Source of the DNA: Chromera velia
Lineage: Eukaryota
Assembly: GCA_018398765.1 (NCBI GenBank)
Contig: JAHBMJ010000410.1
Coordinates: 109,165-129,164, forward strand
Direction: 5' to 3'
DNA: 20,000 nt
Below the pieces are notes generated by a model that saw only the letters and a program-made list of their open reading frames with translations, had not been told where the DNA came from and ran no database searches. Shown here in pieces: positions 1 through 9,100 of this stretch (position 1 is the first letter of the stretch; each line of letters starts with the position of its first letter). A program made the position numbers and the translations under genes.

Positions 1-1924
1 TCGACAGCGCCTCGGAAGCGGCCTCTGCAGGAGAAGCAAGAGAAGAGAAAAATAGACAAACATATCCACCAGGGTGGAGAAGTGCCCCGAGGACCTGCCT
101 GTCCGGTTCATGAGGTCACAAGGTTGAATCGAAGCATCAACAAAACCAGGCAGGGAAAACGGCCCGCTGTCAATAACGGTCGCGTCATCTGACAAAGAGT
201 CCGTCCACATAGCTGACTCCCAGCTTCAGTCAGGCTAGTCTCTGTGAGAGACAAGGCGAAAACCTGTCCGATCCGAGTTCCTCTGAAAGAAAGACACAAA
301 GTGGAGGGAGGAATTACTCAAGAGCAAATAAATGAACTGACTGACTGACTGACTGTGTGCTTCATGCCAATTGTCCACCTTGAGAGCTGCCTGTGCCCTG
401 TTCCGATGAAAGAGTCCGAGCATCTCCTGGACTCTCTGTGTGTCCTCATCGTTCGTTCCCTCCACCCAGTTCAAAAGTTCAACGCCCTGCACATCGGAAG
501 GAAGAGAGACAAAAACGCACAAGCACGCTTGTCGGTATTTTTGTGCCAAAAAAGCCCGCATGAACTCCTTTTCCATCCCTTTTCATCCATCTTTCCTTTT
601 GTAGATCAAGTTGACCTAAAGAAGCACGCAGCCAACCTGTAAGAGGAGAAGAAAGACAATGGAATAGTAAAGGCGGGGCAAAATCGTGAATTTCTCCTCG
701 CTTCTCACTGTGCATGTACCTAGACAAAATAAAAGATAAGCACCATCGCTTCGCCATGTCCGCCAGAAAACAAAAGCGAGTTCCCCTTCTTCCTTCTACT
801 CTCTCACCCACCCCCTCACCTCACCTGTGTGTATCGAGTGAGGGCCATCTCAAACTCCCCCTTTTCGTACGCAGCCCTCCCAGAGGCCTTCATTTCTTCT
901 CCAAGTTGAAAGTGCCCCACCAGCTCATGAGGCGACAGTTTCCGCTTCCCCTTGGAGAGCCCTGCAACAGGAGAACAACGGACTTACAGCAGAGAACCGA
1001 TCAAACAAGACAGACCAAAAACACAGATCGAATCCTATAGGGCCCATTCTCTCTCTTTCTCTCTCTCTGTCCCCCTCCCCCCTTCTCTCCCCCTGTATCG
1101 CAGCACATCCCGAATAAACTGTTCGGCAAACAAAAACGTGGTCGAAAGAAGCAAAGTGGAGCAGCTCGCCTTTCTCCTTGCGGTCTCGCCCTGCTTCTCA
1201 GGCACACATTCGAGATGGACACACCAGCACCCTATGCCCCCCCCCCCCCCCNAGAAGAACGACGACTGACCGGGAACCCACTCTTCCCTTTGGGGTGGTG
1301 CAGGCTCGTCCGTCGTCTCTGCGGAAGGTGCTTCCTCCAAGGGGCTACCGTCGGCCCCCTCGGCTTGAGTGCGGTCGACCTCTTTTGTCTTCGCAGATGC
1401 CGTCTCCGCGGCCTTGACCGTCTCCTCAGCGGCTCGACCCATGCTCTCGGTCCATTGCTTTGCAATCTGTCGAGCTGCAGACATGTGGCCACATACATCG
1501 GTTCACCCAGCAACAGACAGGGGGGACGACAGAGGAACATCCTCCTGGACACCTGACAGAAATGCTTCCTTACAAACTCACCATGATCAGGATTGGTCTT
1601 GAACTCCTCGGCGTATGTCTGCATCAGCTGGTAGATGGGCGTAGACGGCTGAAAGGAGTCTGCAAAAGTGGACCCCGACTTCTGGGAGTCCTTCATGAAG
1701 CTGTGAAGAAGACGGTGAACCATCGGTTCCCGTACTACGGGCGCAATCATCTTCTTCGTCTCTGAGCTACACGCAGACAACGCATTCTTCAACTGAGTTC
1801 TTTCTACCTCAAGTTGAGTCTCTGTCATTTTCGCGCGCTCATCCTGCTCGTGCTTGGCAAGCAGGTCTTGCGCCTCCTGGTTCTTCAGGAGAAATCGAGC
1901 AAAGGATGCCTGTGAAAGGTCCAT
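1..1924 (-). CDS. TPR-repeat protein (co-chaperone-like), spliced, 3' end outside window; exons 1924-1582, 1474-1271, 961-825, 486-354, 24-<1
   Basis: ATG at 1924 in AAAATGG context. Manual splicing at GT..GCAG sites keeps the frame (phases 1,1,0,1) and gives MDLSQASFARFLLKNQEAQDLL...KTNPDH/ARQIAKQW...EEWVP/GLSKGKRKLSPHELVGHFQLGEEMKASGRAAYEKGEFEMALTRYTQ/GVELLNWVEG...LFHRNRAQAALKVDNWHEAH/KAASEALS. K..G...Y..G.F..A...Y and NRA.A.LK...W.EA.....EAL are typical TPR1/TPR2 patterns of FKBP/Cyp40/STI1-type TPR domains. Confidence 0.8.
25..353 (-). other. Intron 4 of TPR gene (329 nt)
   Basis: Donor GTCAGT at the start of a (CAGT)5 array; long polypyrimidine tract plus CTGCAG acceptor; phase 1 restores WHEAHKAASEAL. 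Confidence 0.7.
336..355. repeat. (ACTG)5 tetranucleotide repeat overlapping a splice donor
   Basis: actgactgactgactgactg read directly. Confidence 0.9.
487..824 (-). other. Intron 3 of TPR gene (338 nt)
   Basis: Donor CAG|GTGAGG, acceptor GTGCAG, phase 0; joins RYTQ|GVELL within TPR1. Confidence 0.8.
962..1270 (-). other. Intron 2 of TPR gene (309 nt)
   Basis: Donor GTCAGT, acceptor ctcctgTTGCAG, phase 1; contains a G15 run, an N, and an AG-rich tract. Confidence 0.75.
1237..1252. repeat. C15 homopolymer ending in an ambiguous base (N)
   Basis: Seen directly; intronic; length may be unreliable. Confidence 0.9.
1475..1581 (-). other. Intron 1 of TPR gene (107 nt)
   Basis: Donor GTGAGT, acceptor CTGCAG, phase 1; joins the two ORF-track frames 1232-1942 and 1035-1484. 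Confidence 0.8.
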
Positions 1925-3189
1925 TTTACACCCAAACAACACGTAGAAGGAAGATCAATGAGGCTCGAATCCAAGATAACCAAACCGCTGTTCCATGCAG
2001 CGTGGAACGTCAGCAAAGTTTTTTTCGTGACGAAAGTGATGTTTGAAAAGCTTGAAGACGCGTCGCAACCATGGGTAATGTGTGAATTGAGCAGCTTGCT
2101 GTAGATTCTGCATGACTGCGCGAACAGAGAACGTGATTCGTGATCGAAGGACTCTGGTTGCATGATGTGTTGTTTGAACTTTGAGAAGGAGCCGTAAATG
2201 CTGCGGGCCCGAAAGGCACGTACAGATGAGTGAGAAATAGACAGAGTTCCAAGGATGGCCGCAACGATACTAAAAAAAGTTTGTTCGTAAAAAAACGGGA
2301 TACACCCAACCAGTTGGGTGAGTGCCTCGGGGGGCCACTTAGGGGGTCGGCCATAATTTGATTGATGCAAAGCATCAGGGGTCGACTTGGGCATGCCAAA
2401 CTATATGTCTTGCCTGCATGTGCAAAGTGGCGGGGGCCACGGCAACGTGCGCAAAATATGCTTTTCGGGACCGCGCACATGCAACTCCGTGCGAGTTACT
2501 TGAGGGGCACGTATCATGAGGAGCGAAGTAATTATAATGCGATCACTGCTCCGTGCGACTTGCTTGAGGGGCACATTTTGGAATTCCGTTACGGACGGAC
2601 AGAGCTAGACCGGACAGAACCGAACCCCCCCCCCAAAAAATGAAAAAATGCGTTATGCGGATCCGTGCGATCTCAGGGCCTCTCGGCTGATCTCAGCAGA
2701 GCTGAGCTGCCCCCCGAGGCGACAAAAACAATGTATGCATGTGCAATTTCGTCAGATTTGGACTGGGGCCTTCATCCCCTCTCAGATGATCTCAGATGGC
2801 AGCTCCGACATCTAAAAAAGGGTACCGATACGCTGACACAACTACATCTCCGTGAGAGCTCCCAGAAAAGCGATTTTGCCAAAAGAACATTCGTGAAATC
2901 GAACTTTCCGGGGCCATCATGCACCCATCCGATCATCAACCGGCTGCGCATGTGTCCATCTCTTTCAGCAGCTTACCCGAGTTCTCACCGTTGTGATGCA
3001 GGTGGATACGTAGAACTCTGTTTCTTTCCATCCCTTCCATTCTCACTCGGTAGTTCTCGGCTTGTGACAGTTTGTGCAACCTGAGACCGGCAGACGGTAA
3101 CCATACGCATTCGATCAAGCTCTCTGTCGGTCACTAGATTTTTCTCCTTTCGCAACGGCATCGTTCTCAGTGTGTCTGTCTGATCAGTG
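1925..3189. promoter_or_regulatory. Divergent intergenic region (both 5' UTRs plus probable bidirectional promoter)
   Basis: Lies between two outward-facing ATGs; no credible ORF; contains repeated motifs (TGCATGTGC x3, a 26-bp direct repeat, GATCTCAG x3, an 8-bp-arm palindrome). Confidence 0.6.
2485..2574 (+). repeat. 26-bp imperfect direct repeat (24/26 identical) with 38-bp spacer
   Basis: CTCCGTGCGAGTTACTTGAGGGGCAC (2485-2510) vs CTCCGTGCGACTTGCTTGAGGGGCAC (2549-2574). Confidence 0.9.
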
Positions 3190-4323
3190 ATGGACACCGT
3201 CAACATCGGGGCGGGCTTCAATGTCCCCCCGCGACCAGTATTCGATGATCTGAAGTCGTTGTATGACGTTTACGGCCCTTCTCCCATTCCCCGGCGCCTA
3301 CAGAAACTTGCCTCAACAAAGGAAGGGGAACCGTTGATCACCTGGCTGGATGCCGATGCAGAGATCTCCCAAGTAGTTACGTGTGATGGCCTTCACAAGA
3401 ATGTTACCCGTCTGGCCCTGTACATGGTTGATGAACTCGGGCTTGAAAAGGGGGACCGAGTCATCCTGTGTTACCCGCCAGGCATTGACTTTCTCATTGC
3501 GTTCTATGCGTGTGCGTACACGGGTGTGATTGCTGTGCCTGTATACCCCCCCGAGCCGAACAAAGCTGCAACAGACGTGCCCCGATTCTGCGATATTGCC
3601 TCATCCGCTGAGGCTTCCTACTGCTTTACCAACCCTTTCTACAGGCGGGTGGTCACAGTTGTGTCCACTTTCGCCAACGACAAACGGTGGAACGACTACC
3701 AGTGGGTGACGACGCCCACCGCCCTCGAGGAGATTTCCCTGGAGGCAGTGGAAACGTACCAGATCCCAGACATCGAACCGAACGACGTCATGTTCCTTCA
3801 ATTTACTTCTGGATCCACATCTGCACCCAAGGGTGTCATGGTCACACACGGTTCTCTCATTCACAATATCCATCAGTGTTTGGTTTCGTTCGGGATGGAC
3901 TCTTCTCTCGACGATCCCAACACACACGAGAACATCCAGAATTACAAGGTCACAGAGTACGACTCGTTCTTTACGAAACGTGAGGAAATCTCCAGAAAAA
4001 CCAGGGGGCACGGCTTGAGATGCTTCTCTTGGCTTCCTGTGTATCACGACATGGGTCTTATCGGGTTTGTCTGTACGCCCATTTTCTTCGGGGTGCAGAT
4101 TTACCAGATGAGCCCGATCGATTTTATCAGAAGACCACACAGCTGGCTCGTTGGAATGACCCGGTACAGAGCCTGCTGCTGTGCTGCCCCCAACTTTGCA
4201 TTCGAAGTGGTGGTGAGAAAAATGCCCGAAGCAACCTTCCAGAAATTGGACCTTCGGCACGTCTGCGCCTTCCTTTGCGGGGCAGAACCCGTCCGTGCGT
4301 TGACGATCCGACGATTCGTTGAC
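3190..4323 (+). CDS. PKS exon 1: N-terminal part of fatty acyl-AMP ligase (FAAL) loading domain
   Basis: GDRVILCYPPGIDF, AVPVYPP, FLQFTSGSTSAPKGV (P-loop), SWLPVYHDMGLIG, AAPNFAF, LCGAEPV; first ATG at 3190. Confidence 0.93.
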
Positions 4324-6098
4324 GTCAGTCAGTTTGGCAGTTTGTCATTTTGCTCCTCCGTGGGCATGTAGGGAGAGCGGGGGGCTGAGGGAATATTCGT
4401 GCCTGTCGTTTTGCTGACTTTCGGTCCGTCATTGCTTTCTGCTTGTGCTTCTTCCCCTCACTCGGTCTTCTGCCATCTCTTTTTCTTTTTTTCTGCACGC
4501 ACGCTAACTTTGTCGCGTCGTGTGGACCACTCACGGCCGTTTTCTGTCCTGGTTCCAATCGTCTATCTCCTTTGAGCTTGCAGAAATTTCACTCTGTCGG
4601 CGTTCGTTCCTGGATGTTTGCGCCTGCTTTCGGCCTTGCGGAGAACACCTTGTTTGTGACAGGCAGACCTTCGTCTTTCAGGGAGCCGATGGTGATCACA
4701 ATCGATGCCTCCAGAATGCGAAGAAGTGTCAGTCAGTCTATCTGTCCGAAAGAAAGGAAACGACAAAGTAAAGTAAAGGAAAGACGATACAGTCTGTCGT
4801 TCTGTTTGTGTCTGTCTCGAAACAAAAGAGAGAAAGACAAAGTCTGTCTCTCTGTCGAAGAAAAAAGAAAGTGCAAGACAAGTGAGGAGATCTTGATCAG
4901 GAAAACGGCGGCACGATCTTGAAGACAATCGATGGGCGGCTGGAGTGTGGAGGAGATCTCATTTGCGAACATGGCCCGACTTCCGTTCGTTTTTTGCTCT
5001 CATTTGCATATCAATCTCTTCAGCCATTCGTTTCAGAGAAGTTTCTTTTGCGGCACATGAACGCGCTTTCTTCGCTTACTCCTTTCCTCTCGGCTTCACT
5101 CACTCAATCGCCTTGCCTGCTCTGTCGGAAAACCATCCAACTGCGTCTGTCTGCAGGGCGAGATTGCGACGTTGAACGTCCCTCCGTCAGAAGAACCGGA
5201 TCCTTCGCGGCTCTGCCTCGTTTCCTGTGGAAAGGCCTTCCCGGGAGTGACGGGTCCGTTTTTTGTTTGTTAGAGCTTTTCTTTTTGTCCTTCCATGTTT
5301 CTTTGATTGGCCCACCGGTGTGTTGGTTGGACGATTTGGTCACGTTTCTTCTCTTAATTATCCCTTTTGATGACGGCTGCCTGCGTGTCAGCAACGCCTT
5401 GTCTTTTCCGCCTGTCTCTCGTCCTACACGATTGTTTGACCATACACGAAAAAAAAAACAAAGAGTGAAAGACGTCAAGAAAGTCCGCCACGATTCTCCC
5501 TGAGCCATTGGGGTCTGCCCAAGCAAAGCGAGAAAGAGTGAATCCGTAAAAAGTAACGAAGTTGCAGACACAGAAAGAAGGCATGTTCGGCTTTGGGTCT
5601 GCCTATCTATGTATGCGCAGTGCGCGTTGTGGATCCGGACAAGAAACGTGAGATGCCTGAGAACAAAACAGGCGAGGTGTGGGTTCTTTCTGCCTCCACT
5701 GCCCGAGGGTATTTCAACCTGCCAGAGAAGACCCGGGAGACCTTTTATGGACAGTGCACCCTTTTGAACGGCCGGCCCTCGGAGAACCTCTATCTCCGCA
5801 CAGGGGACTCGGGGTTCATCCACAGGGGGGAGCTGTTCATTGCCGGAAGAATCAAGGACATGCTCATCGTCAGAGGGCGAAATTATTTCCCTCAGGTACG
5901 TCTGCCTCTCTCTTCGGTAAACACCTCTCTCTTTTTGCACAGCCCCCTCCTCTCCTCTCTCTTTGCGTCTGGATCTGGTCCGCTGGGAGGGAGGTGTTTG
6001 CGATCTGCTTTCTTTTTCTATCCCATCTCGTTGAGAATGCCTCGCGCTTCTTTTTCTGAGAGCGTTGGATGAGCAGATGGATATAGATTTCCGGTTTC

Positions 6099-6147
<49 letters not shown>

Positions 6148-9100
6148 TGTGTGCGTGTGCGTGCGTGTGCGTGCGTGCGTGCGTGTGCGCGCGCGCGCGT
6201 GTGTGTGTGTGTGTGTGTGTGTTCATGTCTCGCCTGTGCGTATTCACACGGCACCAAAAGAAAACTGCAGGTCCTCCTGCATGATGATGTATGAACGTTC
6301 AAAACAACTCTGCAGGATATCGAGGAGGCAGTCGAGGACTGTCCCACAGTTCGAAAGGGGTGCGTTGCCTGCTACTCCCTTGACATCGGGGGGACAGAAA
6401 AACTAGGTATTGCTGCCGAGATCAAGGTAGAAGAGGGCTTTATCGGCTGGCTGTCCAGACTGAGGCCCTCGATGAAGAAACAGTACGACGAGGTCTGCAG
6501 AGAGATTTCCAAGGCTGTCTCTGCCAAGATTGGTCTGCCTGTCTTCAGGGTGTGGCTGCTGAAGCCTAGAGTCCTGCCAAAGACGTCTTCAGGCAAAGTG
6601 AGGAGATCCCTTACCAGAGATCTCCTGCTCGAGAACCAAATGCCGGTCCGTCTGTCCGTCCGTCCCTCCTGCCTCCGCTTGTGCATTTTGCTTCTCATCG
6701 GGTTCTTTCTCCCTGTCCAGCCGTTTGTGTTGCTGGACTGATTCGCATCTACCTGTATCTTAAACGCTCGTTGAATTTCTGTGACACCGCAGAATAGAGC
6801 TGCACCTTTGAGTGAGTGTGGGCCGAAAGAACTTGTTCGACTCTCTAATTCCTCTTGCCTGCCTGATTTTCTTTTCAAATCCTCGCAAGCGTCTTTCTTC
6901 CTTCCTGCTTCTGCCACCTTCCTGATTCTTTCTTGTGATCCCTCCTTCCTTCTTTCCACTTCCTGTCTCTGCCTGCCTGCCTGCCTGCCTGCAGGGAGTG
7001 CTGCACGACGCCACGATGGAGAACATGGAGGCAGAGGCCCCTGCCAACAGAGAGAGGGAGCAACCGCCTCGGAAGAGCACGGGGGTGCCTGAGGAAGTCT
7101 CCCCTGCTCCGAACCAGCACGCCCTTCCAAAGGGATCCGTGAATGGCCACACATCCCCAGAGGAGGCTCCCCCTCAGCCGCAGACCTCTCAGGAGACACA
7201 CGACAAAGTCAAGGCTGCAGTTGTTGCTGCAGCGTCCCAACTTCTCGGAAAGCAGCCCCATGAGCTCCCTGACTTTGACGCACCCTTGCATGAGCTTGGT
7301 GTGGATTCGATGGGAGCCGTGGAGTTTGCAGAGGACGTCAGCAAGGCGTTGGACCTCCATTTGGAGCCGACGCTGATGTTCAATTACCCGACTTTGAATG
7401 ATATCGTCCTGTTCCTTGTTGAGCAACTCGAAGCTGGCAGCGGGCAGGGGAAAGCTCAGGGAGGAGTAGGGGGGGGCGTTGGGTATAGCTCAGAACCGGT
7501 GGCGGTTGTTGGTGCCGCCTGTCGCTTGCCTGGTGGGATTGATTCCCTGGGTGCGTTTTGGGATCTGTTGATGAACTACGGAGACGCGATTTCGGAAGTT
7601 CCCCGGAGTCGGTGGGACGTGGATGACTACTATGATCCCGATCCAGATGCCGACCACAAGATGTACGTGAGGGAGGGAGGGTTCATCGATTGTGCCGAAA
7701 TGTTCGACGCTTCCTTCTTCCGTATCGGTCCCTCAGAGGCCAAGGCCATGGACCCTCAACAGCGCATCATGCTGGAGGTTGCCTTCGAGTCCCTCCACTC
7801 CGCAGGGTACACCAAGGAGTCTTTGATGAGACAACAGGTGGGAGTCTTCGTTGGGTGTTGCGCAAACGACTGGTACCAGGTCTGTGCAGCACAGGGACTC
7901 CACATCTCGACCTACTCAGCAACTTCCTCGTCGCCTTCGATCCTCTCCAATCGAATTTCGTACATTTTTGGAATCCACGGTCCCTCGTGTACCGTCGATA
8001 CCGCCTGCTCTTCCTCGCTCTTTGCTGTCGACTTCGCACTCCATCATCTTCGCAATGGGACGTGCGTCGCAGCAGCAGCGGGGGGGGTGAATCTGATTCT
8101 TGCCCCGTCTGTTACGATTGCCTTCTGCAAAGCCCGCATGATGGCTCCCGACGCCAGATGCAAGACCTTCGATGCAGCCGCCAACGGATACGTTCGCGGT
8201 GAAGGTTGCGGAGCAGTGACGTTGAAGCTTCTGTCCACCGCCCAGCAGCAGGAGAACAGCATCTATGCACTCGTGAGGGGGTCAGCGGTCAATCACGGAG
8301 GCCGCGCCGCCTCTCTGACTGCTCCCAACGCCCCTGCACAGCAGAAGGTTCTCATGTCCGCCCTTCGATCTGGCGGCCTCGTGCCTGCCGATCTCGACTT
8401 CCTCGAGGCCCACGGCACGGGTACTGCCCTGGGTGACCCGATTGAGATGGGGGCGATCAAGGCGGTTTTCTCCTCTTCCAGGGAGATGGACCACCCCTTG
8501 ATTGTCGGGGCACTGAAGACGAATATCGGACACTTGGAGGGAGCTGCCGGTATCGCTGGCATGCTCAAGCTGATTCTTTCCCTGATGTACAAAACTGCCC
8601 CCCCGAATTTGCACTTCACCAAACTGAACCCCCATATCGACTTGGAGGGTTTCAACGTGGCCCTTCCCACAGAACCCATGATGCTGCAGAAGAGTGCGGC
8701 AGCGGCAGGGAAGCCCATCCTTGCTGGTGTATCCTCGTTCGGCTTTGGAGGTGCGAACGCGCACGTCATTTTAGAGGAGGCACCGGTGGACTTGACCCGA
8801 CCGACAGCAGCCATGGAGCCGTCTCCGATGGTTGGACGGTCACCTCTGATGACAGCGGACAAGGCGGGGTCCCCTTGCACGGTTGCCTTCATGTTTGCAG
8901 GGCAGGGTGTTCAGTACATGAACATGTGCAAACGGTTGTTCGACACAGAGCCCGCCTTCCGAACTGCCATGGAGAAGTGCGACGACCTTCTTCGTCCCTT
9001 CCTCCCCATTCCTCTCCTCGAACTCATTTACCCGAAAGACCCGCAGGTAGAGGCAGAGATGGAGACGCATCTGTACAAGACCCGCTCATGCCATCCAGCG

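Noticed and set aside
211..282. Possible extra TPR-gene exon after a TTTCAG acceptor at 283 (minus strand)
   Set aside because: Direct joining of 354 to 24 already gives a contiguous TPR helix (WHEAHKAASEAL), and an extra exon would interrupt it; not excluded as a minor isoform
1237..1252. C15+N as a frameshift in the TPR gene or a functional G-quadruplex
   Set aside because: Lies inside inferred intron 2 and abuts an ambiguous base, so it is likely assembly-uncertain
2485..2574. Repeat-spacer-repeat with CRISPR-like dimensions (26/38/26)
   Set aside because: Only two imperfect copies, no cas genes, eukaryotic context
1885..3118. Intergenic ORFs of 60-169 aa
   Set aside because: No domain-like content or consistent coding bias; they overlap on both strands in presumed UTR/promoter DNA
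3187..3189. GTG start given by the ORF track
   Set aside because: Eukaryotic gene; the adjacent ATG at 3190 is the plausible start
5870..6406. ORFs with HTHT/RERE/VCVC repeats
   Set aside because: Translations of the intron-4 microsatellite
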